This document shows positions 1-13,886 of a stretch of 64,000 nt of DNA, one piece after another. The position numbers were made by a program, and so were the translations under genes. The stretch lies in NCBI RefSeq assembly GCF_006345805.1, contig NC_043007.1, positions 46,128,001-46,192,000 of the forward strand, written 5' to 3'. Positions within the stretch are counted from its first letter, which is position 1; each line of letters starts with the position of its first letter. Source of the DNA: Octopus sinensis. Taxonomy: Eukaryota. The notes under the pieces are model-generated. The model was given only the letters and a program-made list of their open reading frames with translations. It searched no databases and was not told the DNA's origin.

Positions 1-323
1 ATGGCCTTGTGTTGAGAGGAACACTTTGGGGTTTGAATAATTCACACTTAGAAACATGGGTGTTTCATTCAACACCCTTAAAACCCCTGATTCTGTGACC
101 TTATGAGTGGGATGCGCTACTCGACCTGAAGAAAATTACAATTGGGCCCCAGCTGCAAAGCCATGCGCTGTTTAACTTGATATGAAATCACCATGTCGCG
201 CGCATATGACTGTGATGCATGCGCCTAGTGTAACCTTATCAGACGGGTAGTCATGATGTGTATACTGGGATTCATATATTTTACTCCAGTGTTACTTTGA
301 TGGCATGCACTGCTCTCTCATTC

Positions 324-383
<60 letters not shown>
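1..383 (+). mobile_element. 3' end of a dispersed retroposon (LINE-like 3' UTR) ending in an (AAT)n tail
   Basis: Sequence ...ccttatcagacgggtagtcatgatg...gatggcatgcactgctctctcattc(aat)n recurs, diverged, at 59240-59490 (ccttatcaggcgggtagtcatgatggg...gatggcgtgtacccctctctcactcaatc). Confidence 0.6.
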
Positions 384-385
<2 letters not shown>

Positions 386-489
386 TAATAATAATGGGAA
401 GAAGAAGAGGAAAGAAAATTATTATCCGTGTTATAAATAATAATTATAATAATAATAATAATAATAGCAATGATTATAATAATAATTAA

Positions 490-1225
490 TTCATTTTATT
501 GGCCACAAGGGCTCATATAAATCAAGATACTAATGGACAACACAAGACAATATGCAAAGAGCTTTGCAAAAAAAAAACATCCGCACAAACGTTTGATAAC
601 GATAGAACAAGTAAAAATCTCCTTATGAAAAGCCCATAAAAGCCACGGGCGCCTGAAGCACAGGGTAACACCTCAGCTCCTTTTAAACGTTTTTACAGGT
701 GAATTCTCAGAATAGATCCATCCATACTGAACATTTGTCCGACATTCACCCACCATTCAACACATTTGCTAGAAGACAACACTTCCCTTTCCACACTCAC
801 TCTCCTTTTCAAGTGGAACTTGAAAACGTTGATGAGGCCTTCCCTAAAGAGGAAAGTGTCTGACTCTAGCCCTTTCAAACGGGTCTACCATACTTCTTCA
901 TTCGCTACAGCCAGAAGAGAAATGAAAATTACCTGCCCCTCCCGGTTAAAGGAGGCCGGCGGGGCATTCTTCAGTATGGATTCAGCTGATGACCGGATCC
1001 GTCCTACACGCGATATCAGCTGTTCGAGATAAACCCGCAGGTCAGCACTCGACGAGTGCGGGCAGAGCGATTTCATCGCTCTGTGCTCACCTCGAGCAGG
1101 CCCGGCTGACGGCACTTTCATCTCGAACACGCAACGCCTCTCGGTAGCACTGCCAAGCGAGGAATTTCTGGAAATTATCCATAAGCCCCGGACCGAAAGT
1201 TCTCCCAAACAGACTGGTTAGTTGA
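490..1225 (-). mobile_element. Tx1/L1-clade LINE, 5'-truncated ORF2 C-terminus (zf-RVT-like region) plus 3' UTR
   Basis: Minus-strand frames give ACSR*AQSDEIALPALVEC (decayed CxxC...H/C zinc finger) and LEQLISRVGRIRSSAESI...FKFHLKRRVSVEREVLSS...WVNVGQM, typical of Tx1 ORF2 ends. Ends in cccttgtggccaataaaatgaa followed by an (ATT)n tail. Confidence 0.75.
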
Positions 1226-1228
1226 TAA

Positions 1229-1500
1229 TTGATAGTTAGGAACGAGGGAGTACTGAGAGCAGAAAGAAAGGAAAACGAAGGAAGAAGTACAAAAAGGACA
1301 AGAAGAATTACGCAAGAGGAACTACAAAATGAATTCTATGTAGCCACAGCAGAAGTTGCTGGAAAATATAAGTGCGATTGGCTGATGAAAGGAACCCTAA
1401 AAAAGAGACCGAGAGCACTATGCATGCAACGCAGGGCCAAGCTTTGGTCACAAACTGGAGTGTCAACCATTGTGCCGCACCTGTGATAAACTGGATGAAG
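1229..1500 (+). mobile_element. R4/Dong-clade (RLE) LINE fragment, decayed
   Basis: With a frameshift reads WLMKGTLKK-ETESTMHATQGQAL, matching the R4-type WL..G.LK.ETE....AAQDQAL motif. Followed by a (GAA)n tract. Confidence 0.55.
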
Positions 1501-1526
1501 CCATTGTCCTATCAAGATCGAATACC

Positions 1527-1648
1527 TTGAAGAAGAAGAGGAAGAAGAAGAAGAAAAGAAGAAGAAGAAGATGAAAAAGAAGAAGAGGAAGAAGAAGAAG
1601 CGGAAGAAGAAGAAGAAAAAAAAGAAGAAGAAGAAGAAGAAGAAGATA
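1527..1648. repeat. (GAA)n microsatellite
   Basis: Direct reading of the sequence. Confidence 0.95.
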
Positions 1649-2319
1649 ATGACGATCAACATGAATTTTTTAATTCGATATTTCGACATGTAAATATGCA
1701 CACATACATATGATGTTATATCGCATTCTCTTGTCCGTGAACGTCTTTTTGTCCTGCGGAGACGCGTCTTTTGTATCTCTTTTACATATCGTTATTTTCT
1801 CATGCTAACTACCTGATTCTTGTCAGTTTCTATCATTGCCTTGAGAATAGTCTGTCATTTCTTTCCAGTCTCCAGTAGCTTGCCATAGTTGTCCAATAAA
1901 CACAAGCAACCTAACTTTCAGAAGCGAATTACAAAACAACAACGAATGGGAATATAAAGGAACATGCAGCGATGTTTCACTCGGAAATAGTTGTCACGAA
2001 GTTTGTCAATTGAATAACATTTCATTTTTCAATAATGCCCCATACGACTTCAGTAGCTCTTTCCAAATACTCCACGCACTTTTGAGAAAATACAAAATGA
2101 CTAAATAACAGAAACTGTATGTACTTCATCACCTTCTATTAAAAGAAGCAAATTTTTTCAAAATTGTCCATGATATTGTTTTCTCTACCGTACAATTTCG
2201 GTATTACTTGTGTTGCATTTTCTTAGATTACTTACAATACATACACCAGGAATAATAAAATTCTTCCGGCCATAGACAGAAAAAAAAAACAATATCTATT
2301 TAACATCGGAAATATGTTG

Positions 2320-2465
2320 ATGAAGACGCAAGTATGGTTGTATGGTTAAGAATTTCACTTCGGAAAAGTGGTTTCGTGATCAGTCCCACAGCATGGCATT
2401 CCCGATTCAGCAACAGGATGGAGCCTACCGACTCACTGAAACTGTGTAGATTCTCATCACACACA

Positions 2466-2509
<44 letters not shown>

Positions 2510-2520
2510 ACACACACAGA
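2320..2520 (+). mobile_element. Degenerate tRNA-derived SINE (family A head) running into (CA)n
   Basis: ggttgtatggttaagaa...cagtcccacagcatggca resembles the better-preserved head at 3990-4130. Confidence 0.5.
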
Positions 2521-3989
2521 CTTGTGTGCGTGCGTGTGTTGTGTGTACCTGCGTGTATATGTGCATGCGTATGTTTGTGTGTGTGTGCGCTAGTGTGTGT
2601 AATTGCTCTTTTTTCCTCCCACAGTTTAACAATCGGTTTCGTCTGTTAGCATCCGCTTACACAGAAGTTCGACAAAAACATACGACAGGTTACGTATCGG
2701 TTCTAAGATTTGTACCACGGTTAACTTGTTCGGCTAATTCTTTCAAGAATGGTTGCAGTGCATTGAATTGAAAGCAAATAGAAATGAAATAATTAAAAAC
2801 ACTTCCAACATTGTAGAAATGATAGTAGAATTGTGAATATTCTATTGCTGTCGTTTAAGAAGGAATCCTGTGATATCATTCTTGAATATCCAAAAAGTTA
2901 TATCCAAAGAGATATAAAAGTTATATCATTTGCATAGACAGCACTCTTTAAGGATCTAGAAACTTAAGATGTACAGGTTAGATGACAAAGCTTCCAAAAC
3001 AATACCTAGAGAATTTGAAAGCTATGTTCACTGCCAAACGAAAATTCTAATTTCATATAAAGGAATCAAGTCACCGAGGAGCATTGGCAACATTTTCCAA
3101 GAAATACACGTCATAAAACAAGATCGGAAGTAACGTGAAAGTTTCAAGATATGATATCAGTAAATATTAAAGGACAATAAACTAGGAAAATATCATACAA
3201 TGTATATATTGAAGTTCTTCCCTGCTGGAAAAGCTTGCATTAAATTTTCTTAAGAAGTAAATATAAGTAATAGAAATGGGAACTTTAAAAGCGAAACATA
3301 CACCCGCTGCGTATAGGGTAAGCAGAGCTGTTTGCTGCTGAAATCATGGCTGAAACTAGAAACATTAAAAGGGATTACGTTTGGGAAAAATACCTCGAAG
3401 TTAAATAATTCAAATAGTGTAAGTGACACCTAAACTGAAACACAGCAATGTCATCCTCAAACAATGTTACATAGAAATTGTAAAATTCAGAACAAACGTG
3501 TTCTTAAAATAACAATTACGATATTGACAAAAGAATGTATTAGCTTAAAAGGTGAAATATTATTTGTGAAGAATACAAAAAAATCTATTCAAACAAAACA
3601 AAATTATTTCAAGAGAAAAACATTAAGATTATAGAAAATAATAAAAAAATATTAATAGAACTACAAAAGGACATTTTCAAACATATTTCAGGAATATGAA
3701 AATGAATTAATGTAGCGAACAAATGAAAATTATATCATATGCTACGATAAGAATGAGGTGATTTCACAGTGGAACATATACTGGATGCCATGATAGGTAA
3801 AAGAAATCGAACACCAGCCGGCAAGAAAATATAAGAGAGGCTCAATTATGATAAATTTAAGTCGTAGAAGACACATACGAATTAAGGAGAGAATGTTTAT
3901 ATTTAACATGAACATTACAAGAAATTATTTGTATGACATTGTTTTAAAGAATTCATGGATAACTGAGGCAATGATGATATATAAATTTC

Positions 3990-5535
3990 GTGGTATGTGG
4001 TAAGAATTTTACTTTACAAACACGTAGTTCTAGGTTCAGTCCCACTGCGTGGGACCTTGGAGAAGTAACTCGGGCCGACCAAATCCTTGTGAGTGGACTT
4101 GTTAGATGGAAACTGAAAGAAGCCTGTTGTATATATATATATATTTATATTTATTTATATTTATATTTATATACACACAGAGGTGTTGGACAAAATAATT
4201 GGAACAGTAGAAATTTAACTCCAATATTTCAATGAGCCATTATATTACGAATATCCTCCAAATTTCATTGTGTTTTGTTTGTATTGTTAGTGGTTTCATT
4301 TATATAATTTAATGATTATTTCTATCTCTTTTTCAGATCGTAGTATAAATTAAGCTGACATGCGTGACCTCACTGAGTTCGAAAAGCGCAAATGGTTGGA
4401 CCTCGGATGGCTGGAGCTTCCGTCACCAGAACAGCTGAACTTGGTATTCCGAGAGCTACCGCATCAAGGACCATGAGTGAGTTTGAGAAGCAAGTTATAT
4501 GCTCCAGCATTAGGAATAAGTCCGGCGGGACTTATTAGCTCACTGAAAGAAACCGACGAATGTTGAATCGCATTGTGATGAAAAACTACCAGACAACTGC
4601 CTCTAAAATGCCTACATGGTTGAATCAACATGTTGCTGGCCCAGTTTCGACCAAAACTGTTCACTGTGAAACCAGATGGCTGAACTGGTGCAGAGATCAC
4701 GAGGACTGGTCGATGGAAGCAAATAATATTCTCCGACGCGTCGTTATTCTCTTTTCCCAAGTGCAGGACGAATTTATGTGTGGAGGCAGCCTGGGAAGCT
4801 TTTACTCCTGACTGTCTCCTTCCTACAGTGAAGCACGGTCGAGGGTCTGCGATGGATTCGGCAGCCATTTATTGGAGTTCTCTTAATCTAGTCGTTTCCC
4901 TGCATGGTAGGATCAGCAGCAGTGATTATCTGAATATTTTGGAAAATCAAGTTCTTCCCATGGTCCAGACATTATTCCTTGATGGTGAGTGCAGCTTCCA
5001 AGATAATAATGCTCCAATACACACCTCTCATGTGACTCCCTCAATCTCCAGACCTTAATATTATTGAGCATCTTTGGTGCATCTTGAAGTGGCAAGTTAG
5101 ATGTCGTTACCCTCTACCGCCGTGCTTGCAATAGCTGAAGCAGGTTTCGCAGGAAGAATGGCTCACATTTTCCTCTCAATAAAGTCAGGAAGCTGCATGA
5201 ATCAATTCCTAGACGCATCGAAGCTGTTCAGAAGTCTAAGGGAGGACGAACTCCATATTAAATAAATATTCATTGAATTTAACACGTGTGTGTTCCAGTT
5301 AATTTGTCCAGCCCCTGAATATATGTATGTGTGCCTGTCCTTGTCCTACCACCATCGCTTGACAACCGATACTGGTGTGTTTATGTACCCGTAACTTAGC
5401 GGTTAGGTAAAAGAGAGGCTAGAATAGGTACTAATCTTATAAAGAATAAGTCCTGCAGTAGATTTCTTCGATTAATACATTTTAAGGCGGTGTTCCCCCA
5501 TGACCGGTGTCAAATGACTGAAACAAGTAAATGAA
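3990..5535 (+). mobile_element. tRNA-derived SINE family A, split by a Tc1 insertion
   Basis: Head gtggtaag...ggttcagtcccactgcgtgg...gggccgaccaaatccttgtgagtgga...gaaactgaaagaagcc at 3990-4130. Tail gcttgacaaccgatactggtgtgtttatgtacccgtaacttagcggtt...caaatgactgaaacaagtaaa at 5325-5535. The halves match the copies at 32370-32730 and 41110-41330. Confidence 0.85.
4178..5317 (+). mobile_element. Tc1 (DD34E-type) DNA transposon with inactivated transposase
   Basis: TIRs cagaggtgttggacaaaataattggaac / gttccagttaatttgtccagcccctg. Transposase from ATG 4360 (MRDLTEFEK..MAGASVTRTAEL) through FQDNNAPIH and QSPDLNIIEHLW to TPY* at ~5260, with frameshifts. Confidence 0.9.
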
Positions 5536-5740
5536 TAGGCACAAGGCCTGAGTTGTTGTGGAAACGACCATGCTAGTCAATTAAATCGACCCTTCTATAT
5601 AACTAGTAGTTATTTTATCGATGAAAGGATGAAAGGCAAAGTCGACCGCGACAGAATTAGAACTCTGATCGAAAAGACAGACGAAATGCTACTAAGCATT
5701 CTACCCTGCATGATAACAATTCTGCCAAGTCGCCGCCTTA
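5536..5740 (-). mobile_element. tRNA-derived SINE family B
   Basis: Reverse complement reads aaggcggcgacttggcagaattgttatcatgcagggtagaatgcttagtagcatttcgtctg...gtcgactttgcctttcatcctttc. Confidence 0.8.
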
Positions 5741-5949
5741 TGAACGTATATAAATTTTTACCAATTATTATTAGATCATGAAAACAAGCGAATCAGTATA
5801 GGAAAAGGACTGTTAGAAAACATAAGAACACATGTGACCTTAAAATTATATAGACCCCTATTTCCTGTTCTGTATCAGATATACAGCAGTATTGTTAAGC
5901 TTTTCTTGATAACTAGAACGTACTAGAAATCTCACACACTCCAATCTGT

Positions 5950-6800
5950 AAACAAAGAAATGATTAAACGACTAGCTCCATCATTTTTGCCATTAGTATA
6001 AAATCAAACTTTTTTCTTCTGTCCTTTCTTTATATCGTTATTGTCCCTGGTACCTACATGACATTCTCCAGTCACCATTTCTTCTTCACCACTGCAAGTC
6101 GTTTGGAATGGTTCAGCTGACGGATTTTCTCATACGTACACTGCTGGTGAATTAGACCTATAAGGACCCTAACGCATCGATTTTGAAGTGAAAATATTTG
6201 TGTATGAGGCGATTCAAGTCCTTTGTATTTCCATTATAGTTATTCCTATGGCTGTCGTTTATTTTGATTTATTAAAAACAAAATGTTGCAGCTATGAGCA
6301 TGAAATCTGTTGTCTCATTTTAAGCTCAGGTTGTGGTTATTCGTTATGGTTTATTTTACATCCTCACTTCTATGCACAATACTTGAAGTGCTATTTACCT
6401 CTGTGTTGGAAACGTTCTGAGGATTACGTCTGAATGATATTCGTGTGCATATAACTCAGGATAGAATTCTGATTGTCCGGAGCCATCAAACCAGATCATT
6501 ATGCAGGGTCCTCAAAACAGCATTTTTATAGGATTCCTTCACTTGTTCTTAACTGCAGATTTAACATTAAGACAGGTATCAAAATAATGCCAATGTATCT
6601 GGCTGTGATACTTGTATTGTGCAGTAAACCAAACCACCCTGTGGCCATACGAATCACCAACTCTGTATGGTGTCACAGCTCATAACCTATCTCAAAGACC
6701 ATTTACTTGCTTCCTTGTACATTGATTCCGTCAAGGCCTCCTGCCATGAACCATGTAAAGCTGCTTCAACTCCTATTCCACGGGCATATAGAATCCCAGT
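5950..6800 (-). mobile_element. Highly decayed R4/Dong-like LINE remnant
   Basis: Minus-strand pieces LK*ETTDFMLIAA (cf. LK.ETEGF.IAAQ) and LNLQLRTS/LKSQLN.KNK-like segments; many stops. Confidence 0.35.
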
Positions 6801-7407
6801 TGTTTCTAAAGAAATGTACGCCACAATATTTTTATATTATTCTCGTTCAAATTCCACGGAATTTACAATCAAATGGTAAAAGAATATTACAAAGTATTAT
6901 TTATTTCAGTAGCTTGCCAATTCTATGAAATAAATCTTTGGCTGCATTTTTTTCCGTGAGAAGTTAAACAGTCAATATTATAGATCTCCATTAAGATTTG
7001 CTATTTGTTTTATTAAAACCAGAAGCAAGAATCGCTAGGTGGATCGCGTCGCAATTTCGAATCACCACCTAACAAAATGAAACTTACGACTCCAATGAAC
7101 ATTACATGATATCCCACTGACTTTCATGGAGCGATTAAACATTTGATAGTCTTTCTATGTCTCTTACATAAAACGTTTTATACAGTCCCATATTCTTTAA
7201 CTATAGATTGTAATGAATAAAGATTATTGTCTAGGCGGATTTGATCGATTCTATAACAAATAGAATTAGAATCAAGCAATAGTAATTCATCAAAATATGC
7301 ATCACATCTTCTGAGATGCTTACGTACATATAGCTGCGAATATATTCATACACACAAAGAGCTAATTCTATAAATACTCCCAGTTGTTTGTGACTTCAAA
7401 ACAATTT

Positions 7408-7422
7408 TTATGTGTGTATGCA

Positions 7423-7464
<42 letters not shown>

Positions 7465-7484
7465 TATATATATGTATATACACG

Positions 7485-7540
<56 letters not shown>

Positions 7541-7570
7541 TAGAAAAATATATATGTGTATATGTATAAA
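7408..7570. repeat. (TA)n / (TATG)n microsatellite
   Basis: Direct reading. Confidence 0.95.
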
Positions 7571-8211
7571 GGAATATACGTATGTATGTATAATTCAATA
7601 TAACTGCAGATATGAGTCTGTGCTTGTCTGTCTGCTTTTGTGTGTATGTGAGTACAGTATATGTGTGTACGCAGTTGCCTATTTGTATACACACGCATAT
7701 GTGCGCGGGCAAGTGTGTATGTACAGCATTTAATGTGCGCAAATCATGGCTAATCGTTCAAAAGTATAACGTTACAATTAAAAGTGTTCCAGACAAGTCG
7801 TAGTGTGCGATACTTTAAGCAAGTGGTTTTTGATTTACTGTCATCTAAACCGAAGCCTTGTCACTGAAATTGTATAGATGGAAGTCAATAAAATGCTCGC
7901 CGCACGAGTTGAAGCTATAACTTCTTGTTAGAAGGTTCTCTAGTTACATATGTCATTTTGATCTCGTTTGAGAATTACGTTAGCTCAAACCTATGTTTGA
8001 ATGCTCGTTCAACAACAACATGCTTATTATTGAAAACTAAGTAGTTGGGTAAATTGAACAGCTGAATGCTCCTCTTGGCAATCAAAACAGTATCCACTAT
8101 AATTCGTATATGATTAAGTAAACATGAGCATGAATACACGAAGTTACGAACTTCCCTTCGTCCGCAAGCACGCATGCAAAATCACATATACCAAAGTACG
8201 CATGCGCGTCT

Positions 8212-8230
8212 ATGTATGTATGTATCTATC

Positions 8231-8272
<42 letters not shown>

Positions 8273-8302
8273 ATATCTATCTATCTATCTATCTATCTAT
8301 CA

Positions 8303-8360
<58 letters not shown>

Positions 8361-8400
8361 GTATATTTATATATATATACATGTATGCGTATATTATACA
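8212..8400. repeat. Compound (TATC)n-(TA)n-(TG)n microsatellite
   Basis: Direct reading. Confidence 0.95.
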
Positions 8401-8963
8401 TACATATCTACACATAAATATACGGGTGTAGTAAGGTGCGGAAGGAAGGATGCGTGCATGTTCATTTATGTGTGTATGCACATTCGCAGAGGAAGAAGAA
8501 AACAATACAAAAAACAGAGTGGGGAGAGAGAGAGAGAGAGAAGAGAAGAAAGAAAGAGAAAAGCGACATTCATATTAATTACTTATTTTTGTACATACAC
8601 TTTAGTTAATTATTTCCCCTAATTTTACACTATAACGAGATGGAGATTCAATCTTTTAGATTGCAATTTTCATTAACAATTCCAGAATCTAAATGCAAAG
8701 CACGTGAAACTGTTGCAAGACTTCTGCTTTAATTAATTAGATATTCTCTATGCGTTTCAGTGTTGTTTACTTTTGTTTCTGTAAACGTTCTAATATGAAT
8801 ATAATCACACTTATATTTGGTTTCCCATTTTCATTTTTATAATCTATTTTCCATGTCAAAAAAATAAGAATTTCTTCAAATCTTAAAAATATTGGTATAC
8901 TAATGTATGTACATGCATATATAAATACACACACACACTCACACAAACATATACACACATACT

Positions 8964-9026
<63 letters not shown>

Positions 9027-9064
9027 AACTCAAAATTAAATTAAAACTTAGCTATCATTCAACT

Positions 9065-9272
9065 ACGGTAGTAGTGGAATAATATTCTGAAGGCCAAGAT
9101 GGAGTATTTCGTCTGTCTTTACCTGCAATGTTCAAATTCCGCCGCGATCGACTTTGCCTGTCATCCTTTCGGGGTCGATAAATTAAGTAACAGTTGCGTA
9201 CTGGGGTCAATCTAATCGACTGGCCCCATTCTCCAAATTTTCTGGCCTTGTGACTAGAGTAGAAAAAAATTT
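9065..9272 (+). mobile_element. SINE family B
   Basis: tatttcgtctgtc...gttcaaattccgccgcgatcgactttgcctgtcatcctttcggggtcgataaattaagtaacagttgcgtactggggtc...ggccttgtg. Confidence 0.85.
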
Positions 9273-12200
9273 TCTTAAGGCCGCAATTTACTTACACACA
9301 GCATATTTCAGAGTTTGTCCATAATGCAATTCTTAACCAAATTCAAAACTGTTAGCACTTTTGAAGTGGACTGGTCCGTAGAAATATTTTGGAAATTTGA
9401 GAATTGGATAGCAGAAAAATGTTGACATCAAAATTTGTAGCGAACTTATAGAAGAGTAAGTAACGCCACAATCAAGTTTAGATATAAATAACTATTTTTT
9501 AAATTTTAAAATCAAAATATATTTTTCTTAGCATCAACGATAGCGGAAAGCATGAAGTATTTCATAACTTTGGTCCCATGCAAAAAAGGTTTGTATCAAA
9601 ATTTGTGAGGTAAAATATGATGAAAATATTATAAGTAAGGCAATAAATTGTATTTAAGTATAATTAACTTTTTTTTTATTTTGACAATAAACTATATTTT
9701 AATTAAGCTTAAATGATAGAGCTCAACTGGGGGAACTTCATGGGATCAATATTATGCAATGAAGTTTTAAATGAAAAGAATTATGAGTGTTTGTTTCTGA
9801 AATTTGAGAGCGATAATACACTTCTATACTTTTTTATGAATGTTGTTATACGGACTTTTAATATGTTACCAGCATCATTAAGATAAGGAAAAAATTATCA
9901 AAGACACCGCTAATTGACATATTTGACACATTATTAATTAGCATAATAGCATAGCTTGGAAAAAACAGGGGTTACATGGAAAAATGCGAGCAAGAGAAAT
10001 AATATTCTTAAGATTATAAATCTGGAAAAATACAGGACAATCTATTAATAGATATATCATTAAACAGACAAATTATATATTTCGATTAAAAAGCAATAAA
10101 ATGTATCTCTCATATCTCTCCGTACATACACACACACACGCGCGCATGCACACATACACACACTTGCACGCACAAATATGTACACATATATATACATATG
10201 CATATTATACATAAACATATGTATTTGTGTATGTACACTTGTACATAATTATTATATATATTTCTTTGCGTATGATGTATGCATGTGTATTACTGTGTAT
10301 CAGGCTATATGAAAAGCACCAACACAAATATACACACGTATATATTAATCATTCAGTAAACTTCTATTTTAATCTATAAAACCCAACAGCCTTCACGAAG
10401 TACTTCTCAAATCTAGCTTATTCTTTCACACAGAAACCGCTTTATATTTATCATTAACTCCCCCAAACTTTGATATCCTAAAAGACCACACATCTTGGCG
10501 CAGAATCTCACATGAATGTTTCATAAAATTTACTCAACCATACCCGTAAAACATCCAATCTTGCATATTCAAACGTACACGTGGTTTGCTATTTAACACG
10601 AAATTCCTGAAAAGTGATTTAAATTACACCGTAAGATTTAACACCCTCTTTACATAAACTTCTTATTGTTCTCACGTAAAATGTTTTCACACGCTGTCTT
10701 GGACACCTATACACATTCAGAAAATACATCAAGAATACAAAGACGATGATAGTCATACAATAGTTTAAATGTTAAGCTTAACAAAGTTAATTACTTCGAA
10801 TAAACCCCAGTTGAAAAATGCTTGATAACACATATTCATATAACCGGAGGAAAACCTATCACGTTCAGCAACCACAGCGACCCCCAACATGAGCGCAGAA
10901 TCGATTTCATTACAGAGATTCTCTTATGTCACACAGCGGCTTTGCTGAGGGGCAAGATAGACTATTAATGTAAGCTTCAAAAACCACTACCATCAACAGT
11001 GCGTAACGACACTGTAATAAAACTACCAAACATATTTGGAATATTCTAGCAGGTGCCTGCCCCAAGTCAATCACTTCATTACAACGTTTCTGTCAGACAG
11101 GCAAATCGGTACTTTCCATTCCCTTCTATCTTCGAGTACGGATTTATCTCTAACAATGCGATTATTCTGTTTCATTTTCAGGAAATTATCAAGGACCATT
11201 CAGTCCGCTTGCATGTTGTTTGGTGTGACCTTCATAATTGCTGCTGCCAGCTTGCTCACTAGCTCCTATTCAATCTAGACGCCTCTACGTGCGTTCTTCT
11301 CTAACTGTTAATAAATCTGCACGAAATTCTTTTCGGAAAGTACCCGACATCTGTTTGTTGGCGGATACCTTATCAACAGCCAGTTAACTAATTAGCTATC
11401 ATAGAATAGTATCAGCAGTTTTCAATAATGGTGAATTCTGACCCACAGTACAGGCTGCCTGAAGGCAAAGAGCAGCGGCGAATACTACAAAATAGTGTAA
11501 TAGCAATTTTGGAAATCCATGTTTCTTTTTGCTAATTAATTACCTGGCCCTGAAAGGATGAAATATACACTTGTATGATTTGAAATCTGAACATATTGAT
11601 CTTGTACAAATACAGTAAGGCATCTTCTCCAACACTGCAGCAATTCCGCAGTTTCACTGTTTTATAGTATAAGAGAGAATGGCACTGTTTGGATGTTCTT
11701 CACGAGATGTATGTGCACAGTGGTCTTAAGACTTCTTTTAGGGGTTAGAAAATTTTTAAGCGTCTGACAAAGAAATGAAGAGTAATGCATTCATTTTAAA
11801 GAGAGAAAGTGATAAAGTTCACATTACATCAAAAAGCGAAAAAAAACAAAACCTCCAAAAAATCATCTTCAGTGTGACAAAAATATTGCAAAATCTTTCA
11901 GGCATTTTTAGACATCTTTTATGGTCTACATCAGATACTTCTCTTAGTCACTACTTTTACGGAAGAATTCTTAATTATCTTCAACTACGTTTGTATGTAG
12001 TTCTGGTATATTTTCGCAGTTAGACTATTTTATTGCTTCAATGAAAACTCAATGCGATGTTGTTGCCATTGTTGCATTTGTCTTTCTTATCCATGTTTCT
12101 CCTCTGTTAATGGTCTATTTTATCAAACTTTGTTGTGCTATGATGGCTGTGCCTTGTCCTATTTCTCTTACGGTTATGTTTAGGAATTTCATTTTGTTGT

Positions 12201-12959
12201 ACTTAATAGTTTTTCACGAATGTTGTTTTGCGTGCCCATATCATCATCTCTGACACTTTTCTCACACCAATTTTATGTTGTTTCAGGATATTTCAATCGA
12301 TCTTGGTTGTTCAGCGTATTTCAAACAATGCGAAACGTCATCTCTTTCATAACATCTCTTTCGATTGTTAGATTAGTGAGTTCGCAGAGTTTATTAAATT
12401 TCAGCACAATCTTTTTCCTTATAAAAGAAAAACTATATAAAATATATCAATACGTAATTTAATAAAATGTAAAATTAACAAAATATAATACATAAATATA
12501 TAACAGTAACAGCCCTAAAACAGTAGTGATTCTAGACAATCTACGCAGGAAAGAATGTGCGTGTTAATAGAGACAAATGATATATTGCCTTTCCTAAGGA
12601 AACGAGGCATAAAATTTGGGGACAGGGAGTAGATGATGATATCGACCCTAAAACGTGACTGATAAGCATGGAAGACATTTGAGTTCAGAGGAATGTGATG
12701 TGAGAATGTAAGAACTGAAACAAATAAGTCAACACAATTTTGCGGATATTCAAACGATTCTGTTAAAATCCAGTCTTAGATAGAAAGGAAATAACGGTAT
12801 CTAATTTAGGTACAGTACCAATGATTTTGAAGGTGGAATCGGTTATCGATACCCTTGACCTCAGTAGGTATCTAATTTTAGCGATACTGGTAGGACGAAA
12901 GTCAAAGTTTATATTAGAACGTAACGAACTGGAGCATATAGTGTGAGGCCTGTTTATCA

Positions 12960-13225
12960 ATTTCTATTGAAAAAGAACAGGATTCTGTCAATTATTTAGA
13001 AGCTAATCTGAATCTTGTTACGGGCCATAATAGACCATATCATAAACCTAATATTAACTTGACGTATATTAATGTTAATAGTAATCATCCTAAAGTAATT
13101 ACACGTAATTTGGTTAAAAAACATTTCGAGCAGTATTTAATTTTTATCTCCTACTGAGGAAAGTTTCAATACTAATACTGAATACTATAATGTAACCCTT
13201 AATAAAGTCGAATATATACATACGT
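12960..13225 (+). mobile_element. Penelope-like element, RT C-terminal/thumb fragment
   Basis: Translates IEKEQDSVNYLEANLNLVTGHNRPYHKPNINLTYINVNSNHPKVITRNLVK, matching the PLE VNYLDVTLNL...PY.KPN....YIN..SNHP motif. Confidence 0.75.
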
Positions 13226-13741
13226 TTGTATATTGTAAAAAAGATAGACATTAAAATTATAATAATACTAAATCGATACACAACAGATTGGGTAAATATA
13301 CTGACTGTGGTGTGAATAGTAAGTATAAACTTAGTAGATCTCATGAAAATGAGTATGATACTGTAATTAATAAATTAACCTCTACTGAATCTAATAATAT
13401 ATAAATTAAGAGTGGAGAAAATGTAGTGTAAATCTATATTCAAATATTAGTACCAATAATAAAATTAATCTTAAGTAAGTGTAATAACAATACTAACAAC
13501 AACAATAATATTAATAACAACAACAACAACAATAATAAACATAATAATACTTGCCATTTATTTTCTTTGATTATTGTTATATTTTATATTTTTTATTTTC
13601 TCTCTGTCTTTCTTCCCCTTTTTTATCACATGACTTTGTAAATGAATAATCTGGTGTGATTATTTTAATATCATACAGTGCGTGTTTCTGCCCTAGGTGT
13701 CAGGAAGGCACTCGGCAAGAACAGGAAACAGAATTGAAAGT

Positions 13742-13886
<145 letters not shown>

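Noticed and set aside
2625-2688. Candidate 64-bp exon after strong acceptor ttttttcctcccacag
   Set aside because: The only open phase (FNNRFRLLASAYTEVRQKHTT) is unrecognisable and the donor is weak. It cannot be supported without RNA data.
2800-3950. A-rich stretch as a further decayed R4 LINE
   Set aside because: Only faint motif echoes; not enough to call.
3990-4070. SINE heads as tRNA genes
   Set aside because: They have A/B-box-like motifs but no cloverleaf, and they continue into SINE bodies.
7991-8096. Candidate minus-strand exon (DTVLIAKRSIQLFNLPNYLVFNNKHVVVERAFKH)
   Set aside because: AG/GT boundaries exist, but the polypyrimidine tract is weak and no homology was recognised.
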